A DNA stretch of 64,000 nt from Octopus sinensis. Its lineage: Eukaryota. The stretch covers positions 40,374,464 to 40,438,463 of the forward strand of contig NC_043011.1 of the NCBI RefSeq assembly GCF_006345805.1, in the 5' to 3' direction. The notes beneath the pieces were generated by a model. The model made no database searches and had not been told where the DNA came from. It saw only the letters and a program-made list of their open reading frames with translations. Every line of letters begins with the position of its first letter. The stretch's first letter is position 1. Shown one piece after another: positions 26,100 through 38,695 of the stretch. The translations under genes and the position numbers were made by a program.

Positions 26100-26495
26100 C
26101 AGAACCATGTGGTTGGTAAGCAAGCTACTTACCACTCATTGGGGGTTTTTTTTCGTTTTTAAAATTGAAATACGAAGACAGCCAATCTGACAATAGAAAT
26201 AAATACAGCTTGTCATCTTAAACGCAATAGTGGCACTGCAAAATATTCTATCGTAAATTGTTGTAATGCTAAGCACTCTGACATGTCACCATTTTAACAG
26301 AGAACTGTTGCGGTGATTTTCAACTGTTTCGAGAATTTCCATGTTTCTTTTGATCGCTTACACATAGGACGGAACAGAATTGCAGTTGTTTCCAAAACAT
26401 CTTCACTGGTTGGCAGGCATGTAGGAACGTGTACCTTTATTAATGGAAGTTTTGCTAGAATGTCTGTATCATTTCGTTCAATTGCTTGCACTCTA

Positions 26496-26678
26496 CGAGG
26501 GGCTTCGTAGGAGGTGCAACATTCCGATTTTTTTTTTTTTTGACATGGCTCAGAAAAACTGAAGGACCGTTGAAGCAAGCGTGTTAATCTTAGAGAGAAA
26601 TGTTGAATAAAACCATAATTAATTGATTCCCCTGCATTTTCTTTTACCCAAAGCCTGGAACTTTTCAGTACCCCTTCG
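26496..26678 (+). mobile_element. Short decayed mariner derivative
   Basis: Ends ta-cgagggggc / gtaccccttcg-t; internal remnant resembling the mariner C-terminus KL..RW.KC....G.YVE. Confidence 0.5.
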
Positions 26679-27449
26679 TCTGTACCAATTATTTTCGCCC
26701 AACTAGAAGAATCGTTAGCTCGCTAGACAAAAATTCTAAATGGCACTTTTTCGGCTCTTTACGTTGTGAGTTCGAATGCCGTTGAGGTCGAATTTGCCTT
26801 TCATACTTTCAGTGTCGATAAATTACGAACCAGTTTAGCATTAAGGATCGGCATAATCAACTTCCTAATCCCATCAAAATTGCTGGCCTTGTGCCAAGAT
26901 TCGAAAGAATTATATTCATCTCTACAAGGCGCCTTTAACCTAGCAACTACATTGTGGTAACTATAGTCACGTGAAATAAGGGTCATAAGCAATTGTGTCA
27001 GCATATTAAGTTTGATGCCGAAGCCTGGTTTTACATAAATCCTTCGTTTAACAGACATACCCTACAACTTCGAATTGAAAATCTACATTTCGTTTGGGAA
27101 TGACAACTAGAATACAGTCCAAGGGCTATGGGAAGGTTCCTACGTGGAGAAGCACGATAATCTGACCACATATTCCCCAGATGCTGTATATGATTGAATT
27201 ATACATTTACTTTCTAAATTTCCTTCTACCTCAATTATATGTTTACTGTCTTAACATTGGACAACCGTTAGACTTCACCAAGTGGGTTCAACTACACTTC
27301 GTAGTGGTCTTTCGTAGTTTCCTCTTTTCCTGAACGGAAAGTTCCTTGACAAAAGAACTGGGAAATTTAGACGTTAAAAAACTATCGCAGGTTTCCAACA
27401 TTGACGTACGTGGACGTATTGATTATATAAGGGAATCATTTTGGACATA

Positions 27450-27820
27450 GGCGCAGGCGTGGCTGTGTGGTAAGTAGCTTGCGTGGCACCTTGGGCAAGT
27501 GTCTTCTACTATGGCATCGGGCCGACCAAAGCCTTGTGAGTAGATTTGGTAGACGGAAACTGAAAGAAGCCTGTCGTATATATGTATATATATGTAGGTG
27601 TGTGTATATGTTTGTGTGTCTGTGTTTGTCCTCCCCGACATTGCTTGACAACCGATGCTGGTGTGTTTTCGTCCTCGTAACTTAACGGTTCGGCAAAAGA
27701 GACAGATAGAATAAGTACTAGGCTTACAAAGAATAAGTCCTGGGGTCGATTTGCTCGACTAAAGGCAGTGCTCCAGCATAGCCGCAGTCAAATGACTGAA
27801 ACAAGTAAAAGAGTAAAGAG
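27450..27820 (+). mobile_element. SINE family A
   Basis: Consensus-like, with a short deletion in the head. Confidence 0.9.
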
Positions 27821-27909
27821 TATAATTTATGTTGAATTTACTCTTCCATTTGATTTAGCCCAAAGTTGGCTGATTTTAAAACTACAGTCAGTTTTCTTCT
27901 ATCACGTCA

Positions 27910-28210
27910 AGGCGCATGGCTTAGTGGTTAAAGCGTCGGGTTCAATCATGAGGTAATGAGTTCGATTCCCGGACCGGGCTGTGCGTTATGTTCTTGAGCA
28001 AGACACTTTATTTCACTTAGCTGTATAAATGAGTTGCGATGTCACTGGTGCCAAGCTGCATCGGTCTTTAACTTTCCTTTGGACAACATCGGTGGCATGG
28101 AGAGAGGAGGCTGGTATGCATGGGTGACAGCTGGTCTTCCATAAACAACCTTGCCCGAACTTGTACCTCTGAGGGCAACTTTCTAGATGCGATCCCATGA
28201 TAATTCACGA
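27910..28210 (+). mobile_element. tRNA-headed SINE family D
   Basis: A box tggcttagtgg, B box gagttcgattccc; body shared with 61933-62265, 63143-63415 and 11210-11425. Confidence 0.8.
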
Positions 28211-28307
28211 CAAGCACAATTGTATTGTCTGTCTATAAGTTATAAGACTGGTCAGTGCTCTCATTATTTTTTTTGATTATTTATTATTTTACTGATAACT
28301 ATAGTGC

Positions 28308-28646
28308 TTTACTCCTTTAGTCGAGCAAATCGACTCCAGGACTATTTCTTTGTAAGCCTAGTACTTATTCTATCGGCCTCTTTTACCGAACCGCTAAGTT
28401 ACGGGGACGTAAACACAATGGCATCGGTTGTCACGCGTTGTTGGGGGGACAAACACAGACACACAAACATATACGCACGCATACGTATATATACATATAT
28501 TCGACGGGCTTCCTTCAGTTTCCGTCTACCAAATCCACTCGCAAGGCTTTGGTCGGCCCGAGGCTATAGTAGAAGACGCTTGCCCAAGGTGCCACGCAGT
28601 GGGACTGAACTCAGAACCATGTGGTTGGTAAGCAAGCTACTTACCA
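28308..28646 (-). mobile_element. SINE family A, 5'-truncated
   Basis: Reverse complement of family A. Confidence 0.88.
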
Positions 28647-29222
28647 CTCATTTTTATTATGTTTTTAAAATTGAAATACGAAGACAGTGGGGCACTTTAA
28701 ATCGATACTTTACATCAACCGACCAAGAAAATATGTATTTCTTTACTGTCCAGAATGGACTAAACATAGAGGGGACAAACAAGGACAGACGAAGGGATTG
28801 AGTGGATTATATCGCCCCCAGTGCGAAACTGGTACTTTATTTATCGACCCCGAAAGGATGAAAGGCAAAGTTGACCTCGGCGGAATTTGAACTCAGAACG
28901 TGACGGCCAAGAAAATATAAGCGGTAAAAGATATTTGGACATTCATATATCGAGTCCTTCGACTCATTGGACCGGTTATCAGGTTTCTGTGGCGTTTAAG
29001 TGATCAAGAACACAACACTGGCCCTGAACGAAGTGTCAGACAATCGCAAGGACTCATTTACAACTGGACAGGAGTAACATGAAATGAATTGTTTTGCTAA
29101 AACACAAAACAAAAAAAAAACAGTTCAACGTCCGGAAATCGAAATTACAATCGTAAGTGCAACACGTTAACCACTCGGCCATGCGTCCTCACAATTAAGG
29201 ATAACGTCACCTTAATTTACAC

Positions 29223-29997
29223 CAGGGGTTCTCAGCCATTTTTTATATCTATGGAGCCCTTTAATTACTATTTTATTCTGGTGGACCCCACCGCCATTTG
29301 GTGTTTAAAAACTAGTTTTATAGATACTCCTTTTAAAATTCCTATTTCGTTTTCCACACAATTAACTTGTGTAGGTTGAACTATGTAAAATGTTAGAGAA
29401 AAAAACCTAGCTGTTTCTTGCAATACATACATTTAAAACAAATTTTTTAAGGGGCCCTTAAACTACTATTGGGAATCCCCAATTTACTATGTTGTCACGT
29501 GGACCTCAAAAATCGGATCTTTTCGGTTTGAACGGCAGTTTTTAAAAATAATTTCCACGTAACTAAACACTTTTAAACTTCGTATACTGGTAGAATGTGT
29601 TTATAAAACATCTTTTTCTCTTGGCTTTATTGAGAAAATTCTATGGTTTGTAAGATATTTGTTGTTTCTTTTCTTCAATTTCTTCAATTTCAACCAATCA
29701 ATGACGTCTATTGAAATGACAACATTCTGTGCCGTATGAATATGTCCCTTGTTTAAGAAACAGATTGGGTTTATTTACATTTGTGAAGAAAAAAAGATAC
29801 CCTTCCCCCCACCCCTAACCCTAACTAACCATAACCCTAAAACAGATTGAAATGCAAATAAATCGATACTAGGGTCATAATTATGAGTGACAATTTCATA
29901 TGACACCGCGAGAAAAAACTGCCGTTCAAACCGAAAAGATCCCAAAAATCTTATATAGGCCCTAAGGGGCCATATGAAGCCCGGTTCAGTACCAGTG
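29223..29997 (-). mobile_element. hAT-like MITE (family of 5400-5870) hosting a nested insertion
   Basis: caggggttctcagccatttttt... is the reverse complement of the 5870 end; decayed right TIR ggttcagtaccagtg. Confidence 0.75.
29515..29942. mobile_element. Young non-autonomous DNA transposon with 29-bp perfect TIRs and 8-bp TSD (Merlin- or MULE-like)
   Basis: GGATCTTTTCGGTTTGAACGGCAGTTTTT / AAAAACTGCCGTTCAAACCGAAAAGATCC; TSD CAAAAATC at 29507-29514 and 29943-29950. Confidence 0.9.
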
Positions 29998-30384
29998 GGT
30001 TATATCATCAAACCATCACACTACAGGCAGTAAATGATAACAGTCACAACAGAAACGGATTCCAAAGGAGCCTATCTTACCAAATGAGCATATTCTACTC
30101 CAAAGACAAATATCTTATATAAAACCCGGGTTTAAAAGTCTCCAGGAGCAGATCAATGTTAATTTGAAAACTTATTGGGAAATTCAGAAGTGAGACATTG
30201 ATTGAAATAATTTAATCATTAAAGCGTTGTTAATTAAATTATATTTTATAGTAAATATTATTTCTGTTATGAACTGCCTATGGTCACAGACGTTTGCATT
30301 GCACTTCTGTGCGTGCATATGTATACATGTGTGTGTATAAATTTTTGTAAAACATTCATGTATGTGTGTGCATATATACATACG

Positions 30385-31025
30385 CACACAGACACGCGTA
30401 TACACACATGTACGCCCATACACATATATGTATATATACACACACAGACACGCATATACACATGTACGCCCACACACACACATATATGTATATATACACA
30501 CACAGACACGCATATACACACATGTACGCCCACACACACACACATATATGTATATATACACACACAGACACGCATATACACATGTACGCCCACACACACA
30601 CACATATATGTATATATACACACACAGACACGCATATACACATGTACGCCCCACACATACACACATATATGTATATACACACACAGACACGCATACACAC
30701 ATGTACGCCCATACACATATGTATATATACACACACACAGACACGCATATACACATGTACGCCCACACACACACACATATATGTATATATACACACACAG
30801 ACACGCATATACACATGTACGCCCACACACACACACATATATGTATATATACACACACAGACACGCATATACACATGTACGCCCACACACACACACATAT
30901 ATGTATATATACACACACAGACACGCATATACACACATGTACGCCCACACACACACATTTATGTATATATACACACACAGACACGCATATACACACATGT
31001 ACGCCCATACACACATACACATATG
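30385..31025. repeat. ~60-bp minisatellite, about 10 copies, built from compound dinucleotides
   Basis: Unit cacacacacacatatatgtatatatacacacacagacacgcatatacacatgtacgcc. Confidence 0.95.
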
Positions 31026-31324
31026 TATTCATACACACACAACAACATATCATATATATATATATACATGAATGTAAATACACAAACATATGTAGATATA
31101 CAAAATTATGTGTGTATGTGTGTGTGCGTACGTATACGCACGCAAATATATGTATATAAGAACGCTCACGTGAAAATTGCAAACTATAGCCAGTATGATG
31201 ATGAAAAAAAAAAACCCCAAAATTTCTACAACGCTTGCATGGGAATACAAACTAAGACTGCAAGATTGGACAACAATGCAACACTGATGAACGATAAAAA
31301 GGCACAGAATACGAATCCCAACAC

Positions 31325-31434
31325 CCCTACCAATAGCACCACCACCACCATTTGCCTAGTAGTGCAATTTTCTGTATGTTATATATAGTTGTAAGTTCTG
31401 GTGTTTTTGTTATGTATTTGTCTGAATATTATTA

Positions 31435-31509
<75 letters not shown>

Positions 31510-32672
31510 GGTAGTCTTATTTTTATCACGTGCTTTCATTGCACTACCGAGTACAGCTCTGTGTGCCTTGAGTGTGTACTGTGGTTTGTTGTGGTGATCT
31601 TATTGTCCCTGTATTGAATGTGTTTTGTGAAGGATGTGTACGGTATATAGTAGTGCTATTTTCTGTATGTTGTATATACTTGTTAGTTCTGGTGTTTTTG
31701 TTATGTATTTGTCTGAATATTTTTTTATCATACCTAATGCGCCCACTATGATAGGAATTGTTTCTGTTTTTAGACTCTACATTCGAGTTACCTCTATTTC
31801 CAGGTCTTTGTATTTTGAAAGTTTCCCCATTTCTTTTAGAGAAACATTGTCATCTGTTGGTATTGATACATGATTTGGAAAGCATTTTTTTGTTGGTGAT
31901 CTCTGACAACTATATCCGGCCTATTGGCCTTAATATCTCCATCTGTGTGAATTGACACATCCCAGTGTATGGTTGCTTTCTCATTTTCTGTGACCTTTTC
32001 TAGCGTGTGCCTATACCATCCTTTTTCTGTTGTTATTTTATAGTGTTGGCATAGCTTCCAGTGTATATTTGTCCCAACTCTGTGATGTCTGTGTATATAT
32101 TCTTTCTTAGCCAGGACTGGGTAGTCAGAGACAATATAAGTTATTGCTTCTTCTCCATCTCCACATATTCTGCAGTTACTTGTATTTTTTTACACTATGT
32201 GTTTTTTGGTAATTTCTGGCGGGGAGGCTTTCATCTTGTGCTGCAATTAAAAATCCTTCAGTCTCTGCTTTGAGTCATGAGCTTCTCAGCCATTGTTAGG
32301 ATTTTTACTTTGTCTATTTCTTTTCTGTTTAGTTTAGTCCAGTGTTTGCCATGAAGGGGTTTTTCTTGCTATCGTTTTATCACGATCCATTGCTGTTCCG
32401 CTTTTAGTTTGGATTCCAGTTGTTTTGCAACTTTCGTTGTCTCTTCGTTTTCTTCATACTTGTTAGGTCCTATGGCTTCATTTTTGTATTTGTCAGCTTC
32501 CTTAAAGACTGAAAACAGCTTTTTGGTTTTGCTCATGCTTTGCGGCTATTTGTATCAGTTTTCCTTGCTTGTGATGTAGGTATTTCTGTAGATCTATGGT
32601 GGTTATTTTGTAATAGTTTCCTAGCTGTATAAGGTCTCTACCACCTTCCATACGTTGTATATATACCCTTTC

Positions 32673-32759
<87 letters not shown>

Positions 32760-32890
32760 ATTTGTACAAGTTGGCTCCAAGTCTCACCCAGAGACCTCAA
32801 GAGACAACAGGTTGGAAGTTCATGCTGTTGTTATGCCTAGTGTGCCATATATTTGGTTTTGTATTTAGTGTTGTACTAGTGAATGTCTAA
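31325..32890 (-). mobile_element. Cluster of R4/Dong-type (restriction-like endonuclease) non-LTR fragments in (TAA)n tracts
   Basis: Minus-strand remnants RVGTNIHWKLCQHY, IHWDVSIHTDGDIKANRPDIVVRD and KLSKYKDLEIEV...IPIIVGALG, with stops. Further 3' fragments at 31325-31430 and 32757-32890 abut (TTA)n. Confidence 0.85.
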
Positions 32891-32957
32891 AAAAACCATA
32901 CGAAAGTTATGTTTGTTTTAAAACTTGAGATTACATAGAAATTATTTATTATTATTA

Positions 32958-33011
<54 letters not shown>

Positions 33012-33061
33012 TATCATCATCATCATCATCATCATCATCATTATCATCATTATCATCATCA

Positions 33062-33092
<31 letters not shown>

Positions 33093-33625
33093 CATTATTA
33101 TTAGTATGGCGGCGAGCTAGCACTTTTGGTGCCACGCAGTGATTGAACCTAGTGGTTGGGAAGCAAGGTTCTTTAACCCCACGGCCATTCTGTACATTTA
33201 TTACAGAGATCCAACTAGAAGCGTATAATTTTAGTTATTTCGGCCTGTACTTTTTGCAATCTATCCTTAAGATGGTAGGATGCGATAAGCCTGCTATTTC
33301 AAGCAGTACCACATAGAAAGGAACCCCTTCACCTCCGTTGCCCGCATTGGATCTAATTTTCATCATACACCCTTAATTGGTCAATCTCCTCCTAATCTTA
33401 CTTCCTTCCACCCACCAGGTCCTTCCCCCACGTCGTACCGCACCCCATCCCATATACAGAAAGACTTGCAATTGTTTCACGCCACCAAGGCTACTGGTCA
33501 TCACAAAGGCCTTTCCATTACACTCAATCAATGGACCCCAGGACTGGCCACTCTCTTCTGTCTTTTGCTTTTTACTTACTTGTTTCACACACGCTTACAT
33601 ACGATTACACATACATATACATATA

Positions 33626-33855
33626 CGGCGAGCTGGCAGAAACGTTAGCACGCCGGGCGAAATGCGTGGCCGTATTTCGTCTGCCGTTACGTTCTGAGTT
33701 CAAATTCCGCCGAGGTCGACTTTGCCTTTCATCCTTTCGGGGTCGATAAATTAAGTACCAGTTGCGCACTGGGGTCGATGTAATCGACTTAATCCCTTTG
33801 TCTGTCCTTGTTTGTCCTCTCTGTGTTTAGCCCCTTGTGGGTAGTAAAGAAATAT
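33626..33855 (+). mobile_element. SINE family B, CpG-intact
   Basis: cggcgagctggcagaaacgttagcacgccgggcgaaatg...gagttcaaattccgccgaggtcgactttgcctttcatcctttcggggtcgataaattaagtaccag. The central block resembles the Meta/Sauria-type SINE domain. Confidence 0.9.
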
Positions 33856-34021
33856 ACATATACATATACTGACAGCTTATATATACAAATACGGAAATAT
33901 ATACGTGACTACGAATTGATATACCTGCAAGGCAGAGTACATATACATAGCTACACAGACGTGCATGTACACACATACACATACACATACACATGCACAT
34001 ACACACACATGTACACAAGTA

Positions 34022-34403
34022 CAGGGTGATTCAAAAATTGCCATACATAGGAACAATTTATCTCTTTATAAGAAACAGTTTATAAGAACAGTTTCTTCTT
34101 TTTTATTATTATTTAACAGGCTCTCTATGGTTACCCTTGTTTTGAATACCCATTGCAATACGTTTACCCCACTCATTGTAAACTCGTAATAACACATCTG
34201 GTGATACATGTGCAAATTGAGTTGGTGATGCGTTCCTGAATATGATTTAGGTCTTTTGTCTTTCCGCGATACACCATGCCTTCCAAATGTCCCCAAAGAT
34301 AGAAATCAAGAAGGGATAGAAATCAAGGGACCTAGGGGATCTTATAAATTGTTTCTTATAAAAAAAACATTTTCCTATGTATGGAGACTTTTGAATCACC
34401 CTG
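34022..34403 (-). mobile_element. Internally deleted Tc1/mariner-superfamily element
   Basis: TIR CAGGGTGATTCAAAA at both ends, extending imperfectly to ~60 bp; TA flanks; minus-strand remnant LDFYLWGHLE of the WP..SPDL.P.DF.LWG motif. Confidence 0.88.
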
Positions 34404-34475
34404 TATGTAACCCAGAAAATTACTATTTGTAAATCTCACAACGAGAGATATTCAACAACAGTACTTTGGAGTAAA

Positions 34476-34660
34476 GATTATTTGCCAATATAACACGGTA
34501 GTCCTGGTTTAGCACAAATGTTGCTGTAATTTAGCCCCAGCAGGCATCGTCTCTAGCTGGCTATCGTGTCGTACAGCCAGCTGGAGACGATGTCTCCTGG
34601 GGCTAAATTACAGCAACATTCGTCCTAAACCAGGACTGCCGTTTATGTTGGCATAATCTA
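34476..34660. repeat. Palindromic hairpin element (MITE-like), ~85-bp arms and ~11-bp loop
   Basis: ...gtcctggtttag..caaatgttgctgtaatttagccccag..catcgtctctagctggct vs agccagctggagacgatg..ctggggctaaattacagcaacatt..ctaaaccaggac. Confidence 0.9.
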
Positions 34661-35332
34661 TGTAACCCAGTTCTCCAAAAAGAAAGTTCGCAATGGAATA
34701 TTTTACAGATAATAATTATTTTTTTATTATTTATTTTTTTTTTGTAGAAGAGGAAAAAACTGAAATAAATTCCAACTAAATGAAAATAATCAATAGTTCT
34801 TTATTAAGATAATTAATTTCATTTATTGTATTTGTTTGTTTCTTAAATATTTCATTTTTTTTTTGACGATTTCCTTATTTTAAAGAATATTTATATAATA
34901 CGTGATCGCTTTATGGAATTTTACGTTTTCCATGTCTTTTTGAAAACTTGACATTTTAATTGTTTTAAAAATTGAAACAAATATTAAAAAACAGAAAAAC
35001 AATAATAATAATAATAACACATCAAGCAACAACAAAAACAAACCGAAGGATATGAAACGAGAGAAAAAACAAATCAAGAAAACAACAATAAATAATGCAT
35101 TTTTTTATTTGTTGTTGTTTTTGTTTTGTAATAAATGTATGTTTTCATAAATGTTATAGTATGTTGCTGTTTAGCTCTGAGTCAATTCTTAACTAAGAAA
35201 AGAAGGAAAAAAAACACCTTGAGAAAAGGCTTTCCAGCTGTGATCGCTCTTTGTGTTTTGTTCCACACACATACACACACTCAAACACACATAGTTATCT
35301 TGGACTACATCGTCAATGTGTCCATTATTGTT

Positions 35333-35900
35333 GTTACTCTGCGCGCGTATGCGAAAGCAGGGCATTATAATCACTCGTCTTGGTCTGTTTGTCTGTGTGT
35401 TTGCAAAATTACAGGAAAACGGCTGAATGGATTTTCACCAAATTTGGCAGAAATATTCATAGGGTGAGTGGCTCGAAATGAATAAAATTTGGTTTGAATA
35501 CCTTCAAACACACATAAATACATACATAGACATGCGACTGTGTGTGTGTGTGTGTGTGTGGTCTGCGCGTGCTAACAGTGATGGATTTCTTAATTTCACC
35601 GCTTACAAAGCTGAATTTAGTTCAATCAAAAAGCATGGGTAAGCAAAGCATTGTAAGCAGCGCAGACTCAAGGCACCGGCAACAGGGGCAGTGGTCCGGG
35701 GCGCCATGTGCTACGGCACGTCATGAAGGACGTGGTAAAGATGAGGAAATTTCCCCGACCGTCAGCTTGTACACGCCGAAGTTCAGCTTGCCCGGGGCGT
35801 CAGCAAACCTAGGGCCGGCCCTGACTGTAAGCTACACTAAAATTTGCGAAAATATTTATCTGCATGCAGGGTATGCCTTGTCCTTCCGATGCCTTTTTTC
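35333..35900 (+). mobile_element. HINE/Helentron-like non-autonomous element with a nested GC-rich insert (~35660-35825)
   Basis: ttactctgc ... gcagggta subterminal inverted repeat, gtctgtttgtctgt run, and a ctgaatggatt motif shared with 13503-13828. Confidence 0.45.
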
Positions 35901-35918
35901 CTCAATATTATTATTGTA

Positions 35919-36123
35919 AGGTGGCAGAGTCGTTAGCACGGCGGGCAAAATGCTTCACGGCATTTTGTCAGTCTTTACGTTCAGAGTTCAAATTCCGCTT
36001 CGGTCGACTTTGCCATTCATCATTTCGGGGCCGATAAAATAAGTACCAGTTGAGTACTGGGGTTGATATAATCGACTTGCCCCCCTCCCCAAAATTTCAG
36101 GCTATTGTAGAAAGGATTATTAA

Positions 36124-36180
<57 letters not shown>

Positions 36181-36410
36181 GAAGGCAGCGAGCTGGCAGA
36201 ATCGGTAGCACGCTGGACGAAATGCTTAGCGGTATTTCGTCTGCCGCAACGTTCTGAGTTCAAATTCCGCCGAGATCGACTTTGCCTTTCATCCTTTCAG
36301 GGTCGATAAATTAAATACCAGTGAAACACTAGGGTCGATGTCATCGGTTATCCCCCTCCCCTAAATTTCAGGCTTTGTACCTATAGTAGAAAGTATTATT
36401 ATTATTATTA

Positions 36411-36466
<56 letters not shown>

Positions 36467-36772
36467 GAAAGCGGAGAGCTGGCAGAATCGTTAGCAGTAT
36501 TTCGTCGCCTTTACGTTCTGGGTTCTAATCCTGCTGGGGTCGACATTTTCTTTCATCCTTTCAGGGGTCGATAAAATAAGTACCACTTGAATACTGGGGT
36601 CAATGTACTTGACTTCCCACTAAATTGCTGGCCTTGTGCCAAAATTAAAAAATCATCATTATTATCGTTGAGGCGGTGAACTAGCAGAATCATTGACACG
36701 CCGAACAAAATGCTTAGCGATATTTCGTCCGTGTTTAACGTTGTGTGTTCGAATTCCACCGAGGTCGATTCT
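35919..36772 (+). mobile_element. Four tandem family B SINEs separated by (TTA)n
   Basis: Repeated head plus Meta-like block at ~35919, 36183, 36470 and 36670. Confidence 0.85.
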
Positions 36773-37223
36773 GTTCCCATTTACCAAACATTCTTTTACT
36801 TGTTTCACTTGGAGCACAGCAATGAAGGTTTTAGTCGAACAAATCGAATCGAGTGCATATTTTAAAGTTTAGTATTTATTCTATCAGTTTCTTTTTGCCG
36901 AACCTGTAAGTCACGGGGATGTAAACAAACCGATACCCAGTTCCGATCAACGACTTCATCACATCCCTGAAGATACTGATCACATCAAACGGTCGGCCGC
37001 AGTAGCGTGGACACCGCAGCTGCAGTCGTCATTCGCTCTTGACGTGTAGAGTTCGTGTTCGTTGTTTCAGTGGGAATATAAGTTCACATGTGGCCTCCAG
37101 TCACATGCATAGATGCTTTGGGATAGCACGATCCGTTGCAGCTCATTTTGCCGCCGGTTATAAAAGCAGCCATAGCCTGGGCTTGGAGCGGGTTGTGTAG
37201 ACATGCTTCAACAAAAGTTAAGA

Positions 37224-37660
37224 AGCGCAGGAGTGACTGTGTGGTAAGTAGCTTTCTTACCAACCACATGGTTCCGGGTTCAGTCCCACTGCGTGGCACC
37301 TTGGGCGAGGGTCTTCTACTAGAGCCTCGGGCCGATCAAAGCCTTGTGAGTGGATTTGGTAGGCAGAAACTGAAAGAAGCCCGTCGTATTTATGTATATA
37401 TATATATAATATATATATATATATTATATATATATATATATGTACGTGTGTATATATGTTTGTGTGTCCGTGTTTGTCCCCCCAACATCGCTTGACAACC
37501 GATGGTGGTGTGTTTGCGTCTCCGTAACTTAGAGGTTCGGCCTAAGAGACCGATAGAATAAGTACTAAGCTTACAAAGTATAAGTCCTCGGGTCGATTTA
37601 CTCGACTAAAGGCGGTGCTCCAGCATGGCCGCAGTCAAATGACTGAAACAAGTAAAAGAG
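37224..37660 (+). mobile_element. SINE family A, full length
   Basis: Complete, with internal (TA)n. Confidence 0.92.
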
Positions 37661-38084
37661 TCAAATAGGTACTTCACTCCCAGTGGGTCCTTCGGCACGC
37701 CGGGCATCAACCCCAAATTTCTGGTTTCCTTTCCAAGGTATTGACCTTCCAGATCGTTTCTGTTTACTAAATTTCACTTCTGATGCTTTGGTCAATTCGA
37801 GGCTATAGCAGTAGAAACATGTCAAAGGTGCCGCTGAAAGTCCCAGAACTCATAGGGCTGGTTACCCGGTTTCCATGGCATATAAATAACCGAGAGCACA
37901 AATTTCCTTCTGAATGGAACGCAAATCCATTGCAAGGTCACTTATTTAAAGCTGAGTGGACGATAACAACGTGAAATGAAGTGCTTTGGTCAAGAACACG
38001 ACGCACGGCCTTACCCGAGAATCGAAACCATGATCTTACGATCGTGGGTGCAACAACACAATCTCTAGGCCCTGTGCTTTCATA

Positions 38085-38695
38085 TTCTTTCCTACTCTAG
38101 GCACAAGGCCCGAAATTGTGGGGGAGGCGATCAGTGAATTAGATCGATACCAGTACTCAGCTGGTACTTAATTTATCGACTTCGAAAGGATGAAAGGTAA
38201 AGTCGACCTCAGCGGAATTTGAACTCAGATCGTAGCGGCAGACGAAATACCTATTTCTTTACTGCCCATAAGGGGATAAACACAGAGAGGACAAACAAGG
38301 ACAGACAAACAGATTAAGTCGATTATATCAACCCAGTGCGTAAATGGTACTTATTTAATCGACCCCAAATGGATGAAAGGCAAAGTCGACCTCGGCGGAA
38401 TTTGAACTCAAAACGTAGCGGCAGACGAAATACCGCTAAGCATTTCACCTGGCGCGCGCTAACGTTTCTTATTTCTTTACTGCCTACAAGGGGCTAGATA
38501 CAGAGGGGACAAAGAAGGACAGACAAAGGGATTAAGTCGATTACACCGACCCAGTGCGTAACTGGTACTTAATTTATCGACCTCGAAAGGATGAAAGGCA
38601 AAGTCGACTAAGGCGGAATTTGAACTCAGAACGTAACGGCAGACGAAATACCGCTAAGTATTTCATCCGGCGTGCTAACGTTTCTGCCAACTCGT
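38085..38695 (-). mobile_element. Three tandem family B SINEs
   Basis: gaaaggatgaaaggcaaagtcgacctcggcggaatttgaactcag-like block present three times. Confidence 0.88.

Noticed and set aside
29812-29840. Chromosome end or true telomere
   Set aside because: Only about four imperfect CCCTAA units, lying inside a TIR element.
30184-31388. 200-340 aa C/V/Y or H/T-rich ORFs
   Set aside because: Translations of a dinucleotide-derived minisatellite.
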